From assembly GCA_031551825.1 (NCBI GenBank), contig JAVBNB010000068.1, positions 7,477 through 71,476 on the forward strand: a stretch of 64,000 nt of DNA, written 5' to 3'. A model generated the notes under the pieces. It had not been told where the DNA came from. It was given only the letters and a program-made list of their open reading frames with translations, and did no database searches. Both the position numbers and the translations under genes were made by a program. Numbering within the stretch: position 1 is the first letter of the stretch; each line of letters starts with the position of its first letter. Below are positions 34,924 to 44,573 of the stretch, piece after piece. This DNA is from Tannerella sp. GTDB taxonomy: Bacteria; Bacteroidota; Bacteroidia; Bacteroidales; Tannerellaceae.

Positions 34924-37710
34924 TTATTTCGTACTCCGTACTTTATCCAGACCCGGGAAACACGTGAAAGTTCCCCCATGTATAGAAAAATAGGGAGTGA
35001 GCGTATAATCCGGTTCTCCTTCAATGGCAAATTCACAAGGCTTATCGGTAACCTGAATCTTTTTCAGCAATGACTCGGGCGACATCCGGAGCCGGATAGA
35101 GGGCTCATTTTCAGCTTGTAAGATATCCTGCATCAAAGGCCCTTTAACGGCCATAAGCATTGGCCCGTAAGAAAACGCATATCTTGTAGCATCTTTTATA
35201 CGGTTTATTCCGATGTATTTCTCATATTTCCACTTCATAGGCAGTTCCCAGGTAATCAAATCTCCTTCTTTCCACGTACGGTCTAACGTAACATAACTTC
35301 CGGGAACCACCTTGTTGATCTTTTTCCCGTTTACTTTCAAATCAGCATCACCGGCCAACCACTCGGGAATACGGATACGCACCTTCATGTTTATGGGAGA
35401 ACTGGTGGAAACATGCAGAGAGACTCCTTTATCATAAGGGAATTTTGTTTCCATGGCTAATTTCACGGACTGGTTCTTCATTGTAAATTCATAGTCGGAT
35501 GCGGCAAATAAATTCACATAAACGCCGTCATCAGCCAACGAATAGATATACTGGGGTAACATACCATATATTGCTGTCGCCTGAATCTCACAACAGGTAT
35601 TTTCTCTCAGCGGAGGAAATTTTGAATCATTCAGTTGATTGAAATAACGGATACATCCGTCTTCCGCCTGTGCCGCGAAAACAATATTGAATAAGGATCG
35701 TTCAATATGCGCTGCGTAAAGTTCCTTCTCCGGCCATAATTGAAGGAAACGGTGGTTGAGATCAATCCAAAACACATTCCCACAGGTTTCGAATATATTA
35801 TTGGGTCTATTGGCCAGTATATGGGTTTTGGGTTTGCATTCAAAATGTTCACACAGACTGATTGCACCACCCGGTAGCTGGAAATACTCGGAATAGATTT
35901 TCCAGGCTCCTAAACATGCGTCTAAATAACGTTGCTCACCGGTGGCTTTATAGATATCAAACAAGGCACAGATACTTGTCAGCAAATAATTATGCGGCCT
36001 GTTGAGTGTAAACCGCCAGGCGGCTTCGGGGAGTCCCTGTGCCAGCGCCTCCAGCCACCAGTCCATATCATAGTACTTCATATTTGTCTGAATATCTTCC
36101 GGTTTTCCGATAGGTGAATGATAAACCATCGGCCCGGCAATACTTCCCTGTATTCCCATACTTCCCAGAAGCATCACCGGCAAATATTCCTCCGCCCGGT
36201 TAAACCAGTCATAAAAAGGCCTTAACAATTGGTACGCTTTTTCGTGTCCTGCCATTCCTGCCGCCAGCATTCCTTTTGTAAGCATGGCGCGATCATAATT
36301 TTTTTGTTCGTCACGCATGATACCCGGCCACGTATCGGTTGAAATCCTGTAGTTCGAACTTTCGTAAGGCATGAAATAACCATTGCCGTTCGCGTATTGC
36401 CGGCGGTCTATTTCCTCTAAGATATCATCAATTGCTTTACGGAATTCAGGTATCTCCTGATAACGAAGCGAATGTCCCATACCTCCTAACATCCGCCCTT
36501 CGTTAGATGCGGTAAGGATATCAATCCATATCCGGTTCGGATCTTTGGAATTAACCCAATGCGTTTTATGTAGACAATCATTCAGGTATTGTATATTTCT
36601 TTCAAAGACCGTCCGGGACACTCCCGGACTCAAATGCACACCATATAACGCCGGAGCTGCTCCCATCGTGACCGGTTTCCAGCTATCAGGGGCAGAAGCC
36701 GTCGTTTTGTGCTCGCGCATCTTTTCGATTTCTTCATCCGTACACCGGTTCATTTCTACCATCAGGCAGGATGGATTGTCGACGGTAAAATATTCAAGGG
36801 CGATTTTCCCGCCTTGGGGTAATAGGACTCCCCTGATCAGATTGAATTTATTTGACGGTAAATCTTTCAATTCAAATAAAAGCCGATTGGATTCACGTTT
36901 TTTTGAATAGCAACGAATATCCTTATATTTGATACCATTTACATAGAGGCGCATCACACCGCCATCCGGCCCGGTTTCTCCAAAACATTTCACTGTGGGA
37001 CCTTTACAATAAAATTCCCATTCTTCGTCCGTTTCATCTGCAACCGCCATACTATGAGGTTTCCGGATCGATGAAGGGGTTATGGTGAAACCGGCCGTAT
37101 ACTGAATAAAGGAACGATTTCCACAATCGATTCTAACGGGATTTGCACGTTGTCCTTTACTTATCAGGTAATCAATTTCGACTGATCCTGATTTTGTCAC
37201 GATCGTGAATGTGTGTTCTCCATGTTCCAGCGAACCGGAGTCAAATAAAACGCCCTCCGGAGTGACCTGACTACAATCGACCTGTTTTACGAGCGTCCCA
37301 TCCAGATAAACCTCTGCCATGCCTCCGTCCTGTACGGGTTTGGCATACCAGGTAATCCCCTCGCAGTCTGTAAAACTGTACGTTGCGGTAGCTCCCTCTT
37401 CTTTGGCATAAGACCGGGTATTACAGAAGTATCCGATATGCCTCGGTAATAACCGGTTGAACTCCCAGGCGCCGGAATATGTCAATTCGGTGTCATTCAG
37501 GATCCTTTCATTGCTCTTTGCTTGATAGGATCCGAAAGAAGTAGTTCCAGCGCTTATTTGTTCCATCTTGATGCCGGAATATTCCATACCTTGTTCTTTT
37601 GATTTTGCTTTGACGGTATCATTGACAGAAGTATACCCGGCAGAAATGACAGGTACGGGCAACCAGAGGAAGGTCAACATTAAATATAAAATTTTTCTTT
37701 TCATAGTCAT
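34924..37710 (-). CDS. GH127-like (DUF1680) glycoside hydrolase with ~330-aa N-terminal extension
   Basis: 928 aa. FETCGNVFW and ENTCCEIQA match the Glu/Cys3 zinc-site arrangement described for GH127 beta-L-arabinofuranosidase. The N-terminus carries two tandem modules (...ITWYAKPVQDGGMAEVYLDG... / ...VKCFGETGPDGGVMRLYVNG...). Confidence 0.7.
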   Translation of the reverse strand: MTMKRKILYLMLTFLWLPVPVISAGYTSVNDTVKAKSKEQGMEYSGIKMEQISAGTTSFGSYQAKSNERILNDTELTYSGAWEFNRLLPRHIGYFCNTRSYAKEEGATATYSFTDCEGITWYAKPVQDGGMAEVYLDGTLVKQVDCSQVTPEGVLFDSGSLEHGEHTFTIVTKSGSVEIDYLISKGQRANPVRIDCGNRSFIQYTAGFTITPSSIRKPHSMAVADETDEEWEFYCKGPTVKCFGETGPDGGVMRLYVNGIKYKDIRCYSKKRESNRLLFELKDLPSNKFNLIRGVLLPQGGKIALEYFTVDNPSCLMVEMNRCTDEEIEKMREHKTTASAPDSWKPVTMGAAPALYGVHLSPGVSRTVFERNIQYLNDCLHKTHWVNSKDPNRIWIDILTASNEGRMLGGMGHSLRYQEIPEFRKAIDDILEEIDRRQYANGNGYFMPYESSNYRISTDTWPGIMRDEQKNYDRAMLTKGMLAAGMAGHEKAYQLLRPFYDWFNRAEEYLPVMLLGSMGIQGSIAGPMVYHSPIGKPEDIQTNMKYYDMDWWLEALAQGLPEAAWRFTLNRPHNYLLTSICALFDIYKATGEQRYLDACLGAWKIYSEYFQLPGGAISLCEHFECKPKTHILANRPNNIFETCGNVFWIDLNHRFLQLWPEKELYAAHIERSLFNIVFAAQAEDGCIRYFNQLNDSKFPPLRENTCCEIQATAIYGMLPQYIYSLADDGVYVNLFAASDYEFTMKNQSVKLAMETKFPYDKGVSLHVSTSSPINMKVRIRIPEWLAGDADLKVNGKKINKVVPGSYVTLDRTWKEGDLITWELPMKWKYEKYIGINRIKDATRYAFSYGPMLMAVKGPLMQDILQAENEPSIRLRMSPESLLKKIQVTDKPCEFAIEGEPDYTLTPYFSIHGGTFTCFPGLDKVRSTK

Positions 37711-37745
37711 TCTATTTGTTATTTAAAATTTAAAAATAGGATTAC

Positions 37746-39554
37746 TTATCTCCATGCTTCCGGTTGTGTCATGCCGGTCATTTTTTTTGCATCATCGATC
37801 GGTATCGGCATCACCAGATATTTATCCGTATAGGAGCTATAGTCTCTGATTTTGAATCTTTCATAGTTGAATGTTTCCGGTTTACCGTCTTTGTCCCTTG
37901 AAGCCACCTGGATCTTCATCCCGGTCACAAACCGGTTCGTTTTATCTAAGATTTTCCACCTGCGCTGATCATGAAATCTCCAACCCTCCATACATAGTTC
38001 GACCCGGCGTTCGTTCCGGATTCGTTCACGCAGAAAGGCCTGTGTATTTTCAAATCCGGGAACATTTTCAATTTTAGGTTGTAAGGCTCTTTCCCGGACG
38101 ACATTCAGCGCCGCTTTAGCTCCTTCCAGATCATTCACCTCACAGAGGCCCTCTGCTTTGTTCAGATAAAATTCAGCTAACCGGAAAAACACCCAGTGTA
38201 TATCCGGTCCCAGACCGGTCTGGTTAGGGCCAAACCATCTCACATCTTTGTCTTTACGACAATAATAACCGGTTAAGGTGGTGTTTGTTTGAGTTAATAT
38301 ATCTGTTCCGAGACCATGACTGCCTCCCACAAAACTTTCGACAATAACCGGTTCGGTACAATTCGTTGGTGCGCCGTAATTTGCTCCGTTAAATAAAACA
38401 TCCACATAAAATCGCGCATCCCGGTTGGCATACGGATCGTCTCCCGTCGATTCACCATATCCGGCCTCTGCTGCTGCCGGATTTATGGTAACCTGAAGAT
38501 GTGTCTCGTTATTGTATGTGACAGGTAAGGCTCCATTTTTCATTTCGAAACAATCGACAAGTTCCTGTGTAGGATTATCCATGGCACACCATGTAGAAGG
38601 TATGGACGCATACGGATAAGAGGATATATTGATTCCGGTCGTATTGTTTATATGCTTGTTACTGGAAGGTGATCTCCAGATGATTTCAGGAACATTCGTC
38701 CGGAACGGGCCGACAAACAATGATTTATATTCCTCCATACCCACCAAACGATATTCCGGTAATTTAATCACATCATCGGCTGCTGCCGCTGCCCTGCGCC
38801 ATTTCTCCGGATCATTTCCCGGATTATTCAACGGACTGGCATTATTCAGTAATACACGGGCGCGAATCGCGTAAGCAACCGTGTTTGAAACAAATTCCGT
38901 CTCTTCCATTGTACGTTTATTAGGTAGCACGCCTGATTTAATTATACTCATACACTCCTGGTCAATAATGGTAGCAATCTCATCGTATGTAGGTCTTACC
39001 AATTCATTCCAACCGTTGTAATCGGGTGCAAAAACAAAATCAATCCAGGGCATCGGGCCATAAAATTCCAGTAAGTTCATATAGTACCAGCATCGTAAGA
39101 TCCGTGCTTCCGCAATCCATGTTTCCTTTTCCTGATTTGTGATGATCGTAGATTTCGGCAGATTTTCGATCGCAATATTGGCAAATCTTATTCCCTGCCA
39201 GAAGTCAGGCCATAATCTTTCTGAAGGACTGACCCATGGCCAGTTTATCACCGGATTTGAAAGGGATAAAGCGCCGTTATGCCAATCGTATGCATTATAG
39301 GTAGCGCCGGTAAACGTATTATCGGTCATACTCTCCATGGTATTATGCACAAATGCGATCTGATCTCTGGACTGATAGACTTTTCCATATGCAACTGACA
39401 ATAACCCCTTTGTCCGGGTATAATCTTGTAAAATTTTCTCCATTGAGAGTGTACCGTCAGGTGTTTTTTCCAATGCGTCTTCACATCCTGTATTTAAAAT
39501 AAACGGGATGATAAGAAATAATATAAATAATTTTCGTTTCATGATTTCATTCAT
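37746..39554 (-). CDS. SusD/RagB-family nutrient-binding lipoprotein
   Basis: 602 aa. Lipoprotein signal ...ILNTGCED, TPR-like helical SusD pattern, and position directly downstream of SusC. Confidence 0.88.
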   Translation of the reverse strand: MNEIMKRKLFILFLIIPFILNTGCEDALEKTPDGTLSMEKILQDYTRTKGLLSVAYGKVYQSRDQIAFVHNTMESMTDNTFTGATYNAYDWHNGALSLSNPVINWPWVSPSERLWPDFWQGIRFANIAIENLPKSTIITNQEKETWIAEARILRCWYYMNLLEFYGPMPWIDFVFAPDYNGWNELVRPTYDEIATIIDQECMSIIKSGVLPNKRTMEETEFVSNTVAYAIRARVLLNNASPLNNPGNDPEKWRRAAAAADDVIKLPEYRLVGMEEYKSLFVGPFRTNVPEIIWRSPSSNKHINNTTGINISSYPYASIPSTWCAMDNPTQELVDCFEMKNGALPVTYNNETHLQVTINPAAAEAGYGESTGDDPYANRDARFYVDVLFNGANYGAPTNCTEPVIVESFVGGSHGLGTDILTQTNTTLTGYYCRKDKDVRWFGPNQTGLGPDIHWVFFRLAEFYLNKAEGLCEVNDLEGAKAALNVVRERALQPKIENVPGFENTQAFLRERIRNERRVELCMEGWRFHDQRRWKILDKTNRFVTGMKIQVASRDKDGKPETFNYERFKIRDYSSYTDKYLVMPIPIDDAKKMTGMTQPEAWR

Positions 39555-39574
39555 TTAGATTGTTTCGGCGATGT

Positions 39575-42500
39575 TTAAAAAGATACATTTAATCCGATGT
39601 TATACGCTTTGAAAAGTGGATAAATCAGATTGTTATTTTGTTCGGGGTCAAAATACTTCACAGGAGTTTTGTCAAAGGTCAACAGATTCAACCCGTTGGC
39701 ATAGATTCTAAGGCGTGACAGTCCCATCTTTTTCGTTATATTTGAAGGAAGTGAGAAACCTATTTCTGCGTTTTTCAGGCGAATATAATCTCCGCTAACG
39801 AGCCAGAAATCACTCATTTGTTTACTTGCATTACTTCCGGGATCTAACCGCGGATAAGTTATCTTTTCTCCATTTGCGTATTTTTCGGCTGTCCAGGCTT
39901 CTTTATGCCATTCATTGAAATTATCGGTTTCCCAAATACCGATACCGTTGAGATGGATACTTCTCTTTGCAGCGCCCTGGAACATGAGGCTAAGGTCAAA
40001 TAACTTATATTGCACATTGACAGATCCGCCAAAATTCCATTCCGGAACATCCGGATCTCCTATCGGAACCATGTCTTTTTCATCAATCCGGTTATCACCA
40101 TTCTGATCCAGATATTTCAAATCGCCCAATTTGGGCGCGGCTCCTAATGGCGTTTGGTCATACCATGAATCAATCTCTTCCTGTGTATTAAAAAATCCGT
40201 CTGTTTTATAACCAAATCGTTGTCCCAGGCGAAATCCGGTCATTCGTTGTCTTTCGGCGTAATCTTCAGGCAACAGCACTTCGTTCATATAGATCACTTT
40301 GTTTCTGTTATAAGCGGCATTCACATTGACACCGACATGCCAGTCCTGACCAAAATATTTATTATAACCGAGCATAATTTCAAATCCGCGATTTTCAATT
40401 TCTCCGGAATTGATAGGTGGTAGCTGCACAGTACCATTTCCACCAACTGCGCCTGAACCAAATATTCCGGTAGGGATTGTTCCTGCGTCCCGTATCAAAA
40501 TGTTATCCCTTACTTCATAAAACAAATCCAGATCCACACTGAGACCTATAGGAAAGCGTGCCTCTAACCCGACATTATATTTGTTATTTATTTCCCAGGA
40601 GATATTTTTATTGGCAATGCTATTCTCTACGGTTCCTGACGGAAGGCCACTCCATCCGGAACCTCCGATACTCCAGTTATCTATATAAAGAAAACGGGAT
40701 GCACCCATACGGTCATTTCCGACTTTCCCATAGGAAGCTCTGAGCTTCATGAAACTGAGCCATGACAGGTTTTGTTTCATAAACTCTTCCTCGGAGAGTA
40801 CCCAGCCGAGAGAAAATGACGGGAAAAAACCGAATTGTTTTCCGGGGGCAAATTGTTCGGATCCGTTATAACCGAAATTAAGTTCAGCTAAATAACGGTT
40901 GTTATACCCATATGTAGCACGTCCGACTAATCCGATGTAGTTATAAGGTAGCGCAATATTGATCACTTTCTGATAACGGTTAAACAGGAACATACCGGTC
41001 ACATCGTGCAATCCGAATTTATTTGAATAATTAACGGAAGCATCGATATTAAACAAATTATGAAAGTTTTGTATTTGCTTGTCTGTTAATGGCGAGTTTG
41101 TAGAAGAACCCAGAATTTCATAATGCAGGGAAGCCGGATCTCCTTCGTTAAAAATAGCCTCATAAACCTGAAAAGTCCGGCTTCTCATTTGTTGGTTCAG
41201 TGATGTTGCGTCATACGAAGCGACAGCTTTTATGGATAATCCTTTTGTAATAAAATCCAGTTTTTGTTCAAGGCCAAGTGTTGTATTAACCTGCGAAGTC
41301 ATCGTATTTTTGAATCCCGTGCGATTCAACATTCCGTAAGGTGCGTTTGTTGCATTCCCACCTCTGATACGATTACTCATCACTTCTCCATCCGGCGTTA
41401 AATCATTAAACAGGAGATTGGGCGTTGTCAACAAATTTGCAAGTAATACCCCATAGGCATTCGCATCATCATAATAGGATGGATTATTAGGCACAAGTAC
41501 GGGATCATTCTTTTTCTGCATATATCCGCTGATATTCAACCACATTTTCAGGGATGAATTGATATCAATATCAAAATTGGAACGGAAATTGATTCGGTTC
41601 GCTTTTGTTGACGGATCATAGTCATACTCGTCGAATCGCTCTGTTTTAAACAAGCCTTCCTGATACATATATCCTACAGTAGTGAAATAGCGCATTTTAT
41701 CAGAACCACCACTTACATTCGCATTGATCCTGTTCATCGGAAAATTATTCTTTGTAAATTCTTCCACAAAGTTTCTCACGGGATATAACTCTTTCATATC
41801 TCCTAAGCGATATCGCTCCAATTCATAGTCCGAATATTCTAACGGAAGATTATTCTGCCTGTTAACCTGGTTTCTCAACTGCGCATAATCATAAGCGGAG
41901 ACCATATCCGGAAGACGGGTGGGAGATTGCCATGAATGTTCCATCGTTACGTCTATAACCGGTTTACCTACTTCACCTCGCCGGGTCGTAACCATAATCA
42001 CCCCGTTTGCTCCCCGCACACCGTAAACGGCTGTAGCCGAAGCGTCTTTTAAGATCGATATGGTTTCTATTTCATGCGGATCCAGAGCCGAAAACTCCCG
42101 TTCAACACCATCCACCATCAACAAAGGCCTTTGTTCATTCGTCGTACTTCTTCCCCTGATGTAGAAATCCATGTTTTCCGCACCCGGAGCGCCTGATCGT
42201 TGTAAAACCGTCAAACCGGGCAACCGTCCTGCCAATGCGATACCGATATTGGATGCCGGGGTCTGTCGTAATCCGGTTGCTTTGATGGATGAAATGGCTG
42301 CGACCACACTTTCTTTTTTCTGAGTTCCGTAAGCAACTACGACAACCTCATCCAAAATGGAGGTAGATTCCACTAAAATAACATCGATGGTTCGTTTATT
42401 TCCGACGGCGACTTCCTGGGATTGATATCCGAGATAAGAAAAAATCAGAATATCATTTGCAACAATATTGGAAATTGAATAATGACCGTCAACGTCCGTC

Positions 42501-42667
42501 GCTACTCCTTGAGATTTTCCTTTGATCTGTACTGTTGCACCGGGAACCTCAATTCCGGCTTCGTCTTTTACACTTCCGGTTACAGTAAATCCGGAATTTT
42601 TATTTTGCGCATGTAACTGAAATATGAATCCGCAAAACACAATTAGTAATACAATTTTTGCTCGCAT
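39575..42667 (-). CDS. SusC/RagA-family TonB-dependent outer-membrane transporter
   Basis: 1030 aa. N-terminal carboxypeptidase-regulatory-like domain (VTGSVKDEAGIEVPGATVQIKG), plug motif VVVVAYGTQKK, C-terminal aromatic residue (terminal F). Confidence 0.92.
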   Translation of the reverse strand: MRAKIVLLIVFCGFIFQLHAQNKNSGFTVTGSVKDEAGIEVPGATVQIKGKSQGVATDVDGHYSISNIVANDILIFSYLGYQSQEVAVGNKRTIDVILVESTSILDEVVVVAYGTQKKESVVAAISSIKATGLRQTPASNIGIALAGRLPGLTVLQRSGAPGAENMDFYIRGRSTTNEQRPLLMVDGVEREFSALDPHEIETISILKDASATAVYGVRGANGVIMVTTRRGEVGKPVIDVTMEHSWQSPTRLPDMVSAYDYAQLRNQVNRQNNLPLEYSDYELERYRLGDMKELYPVRNFVEEFTKNNFPMNRINANVSGGSDKMRYFTTVGYMYQEGLFKTERFDEYDYDPSTKANRINFRSNFDIDINSSLKMWLNISGYMQKKNDPVLVPNNPSYYDDANAYGVLLANLLTTPNLLFNDLTPDGEVMSNRIRGGNATNAPYGMLNRTGFKNTMTSQVNTTLGLEQKLDFITKGLSIKAVASYDATSLNQQMRSRTFQVYEAIFNEGDPASLHYEILGSSTNSPLTDKQIQNFHNLFNIDASVNYSNKFGLHDVTGMFLFNRYQKVINIALPYNYIGLVGRATYGYNNRYLAELNFGYNGSEQFAPGKQFGFFPSFSLGWVLSEEEFMKQNLSWLSFMKLRASYGKVGNDRMGASRFLYIDNWSIGGSGWSGLPSGTVENSIANKNISWEINNKYNVGLEARFPIGLSVDLDLFYEVRDNILIRDAGTIPTGIFGSGAVGGNGTVQLPPINSGEIENRGFEIMLGYNKYFGQDWHVGVNVNAAYNRNKVIYMNEVLLPEDYAERQRMTGFRLGQRFGYKTDGFFNTQEEIDSWYDQTPLGAAPKLGDLKYLDQNGDNRIDEKDMVPIGDPDVPEWNFGGSVNVQYKLFDLSLMFQGAAKRSIHLNGIGIWETDNFNEWHKEAWTAEKYANGEKITYPRLDPGSNASKQMSDFWLVSGDYIRLKNAEIGFSLPSNITKKMGLSRLRIYANGLNLLTFDKTPVKYFDPEQNNNLIYPLFKAYNIGLNVSF

Positions 42668-42767
42668 AAAGTTTGAATTTTTTTAATTAAAAGATTAACA
42701 ATTCCGCATAACATCTAAAGTTTCTATTTAAAGTTCATTTTGCTATAATATCTTGTATTGTCCGGTA

Positions 42768-44552
42768 TTAATTTATTTCATACATATAACTTAATCTTCC
42801 CATAGGCATTACACTTCCGGAAGTATAGTAAGACATGATATCAGAGGGATTCTCGACTCCGGAAGCGATTTTAAAATAGAATTTTTCTTTTTTGTCAAGT
42901 CCTATGGCGCTACGTGGTATTTGTATTTGTATGACATCATTATGCGAAGCGAAGTTCGCATTTCCGGTTGTTTCAACAGAAAAATCTTTGGCTATCCTGC
43001 TGATATCCGTCATGTTGTTATTATAGTCACGTCCGACGATATAGTCATAACATTCCCACTCGCGTAATCCCGGTTCGCCCGTTCCTATCAGTATGTTTAA
43101 ACTATTATTTCCCGGTTTTACCGTAAAAGGCTTATTTCCGCGTATATAGAAATAAATATTTTCATCATCATTGGATACTTTTACTTCCTGCAGAACATTT
43201 TCGGGAGCAGCCTGTTCGTAATGAACGGTTGGGGCAGCCCCCGCGCTATTTCTTCCAATGTCGTTACAGCCTATATTTTCCAGACAGTAACTGATCTTAT
43301 CCCATTGTGAAATATTGCCGTGAATATCAATTGTTTTTTTATCTCCTGTTTTTGCCTGCTTGCCGATACCTTTATATTTACGTATGTTTTGAATCATTTG
43401 TATATAAAAGGCATCCTGATATCCCCCGTTCATCGGTTCTATATCTCTTGAATATTCCTTATCCACAGCATCACACATCATGTATTCCCCATCCCAGAGC
43501 TGCTTGTAAGCGATCCATTCATTCCAACCTCCGATCGATATCATATCGGGGTTTGTTTTTATTGCATGATCCCATTGGCGTTGAAAAAAAGTTCCTTTAT
43601 CGACATCTTCACTTCTATTTTCCGATAATTCCGGATTCCAGCCTCTTCCCCAGTTTACGAGACCTCGTGTCAATGAAAATGACATAGGGACGGAAGGGTG
43701 GCTTGCCACTGTTACATTCATTACATTTGTGTGTAAGGGTTGGGGATAAATCCATTCTACCCAGGGGAAACCATTTTCAAATACGGGATCGCCGGGCCAT
43801 TGCGGTTTTACGATATGGAAAAAGTTTATAATTTTGTCCGATAATGGTTCCGTAGAATAGCTATTATCGCCCCTTGATTTAGCTTCGGCAAGATCGTCTT
43901 CAACGTTCGTATAAGAAATAATCATGGGTTTTCCGTTTACCCTGTACCAGGTGCTGGGGAAATGTCCCGGTTCATAGAGTTCCCGGTAGATCTGTTCTGT
44001 TGTCCGAATAGATCTTGAATGTGTGTAAAATACGACTTTAGGCGGATTCCAGCCTTGTTCCTGATATTCGTTAATGACAGCCAATATTTTCATGAAGACA
44101 TTTTTATATATCAGCGCATTTGTCGTATCAAAATAGATGAAATCAATGCCTGCTAACGTAAGCATCTGTATTTGTTTGCGTATCACCCATTCGTCTTCCG
44201 AGTTGTAATATTGCCATATCGGTTCTCCCCAGAAATGAGCCTGTCCGTTCGGACTAACGGGTGTATCTTTTCCGGTCAGAAGAGTTAGTCCGTCGGACAT
44301 GGCAAGTATTTTGGTCGCATCATAAATATCGGTTGCATAAGGTTGACCGATCCATAGCCAGAAAAATAAACCGACCTGTTTTTTTTCATTAAGAGAGGAT
44401 AGGGTGCTAAAACTTCTGCCGAATTGATCGACGCCCACAATGCAATTTGCGTGGTTGACTTTCACTGCTTCTTGTTTGATGCCTTTTTTATTTTCGGTAT
44501 TGCAACCGGAGACAAGAAAGATCATTAAAATTAATAAGTAAATGGTTTTCAT
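42768..44552 (-). CDS. uncharacterised glycoside-hydrolase-like protein, paralog of 30626-32353
   Basis: 594 aa, lipoprotein-type signal (LVSGCN). VGLFFWLWIGQ, AHFWGEPIWQYYNSEDEWVIRKQIQMLTLAGIDFIYFDTTN and IGGWNEW align with the paralog. Confidence 0.5.
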   Translation of the reverse strand: MKTIYLLILMIFLVSGCNTENKKGIKQEAVKVNHANCIVGVDQFGRSFSTLSSLNEKKQVGLFFWLWIGQPYATDIYDATKILAMSDGLTLLTGKDTPVSPNGQAHFWGEPIWQYYNSEDEWVIRKQIQMLTLAGIDFIYFDTTNALIYKNVFMKILAVINEYQEQGWNPPKVVFYTHSRSIRTTEQIYRELYEPGHFPSTWYRVNGKPMIISYTNVEDDLAEAKSRGDNSYSTEPLSDKIINFFHIVKPQWPGDPVFENGFPWVEWIYPQPLHTNVMNVTVASHPSVPMSFSLTRGLVNWGRGWNPELSENRSEDVDKGTFFQRQWDHAIKTNPDMISIGGWNEWIAYKQLWDGEYMMCDAVDKEYSRDIEPMNGGYQDAFYIQMIQNIRKYKGIGKQAKTGDKKTIDIHGNISQWDKISYCLENIGCNDIGRNSAGAAPTVHYEQAAPENVLQEVKVSNDDENIYFYIRGNKPFTVKPGNNSLNILIGTGEPGLREWECYDYIVGRDYNNNMTDISRIAKDFSVETTGNANFASHNDVIQIQIPRSAIGLDKKEKFYFKIASGVENPSDIMSYYTSGSVMPMGRLSYMYEIN

Positions 44553-44573
44553 ATGTTTATAAGTTATCTGGTA

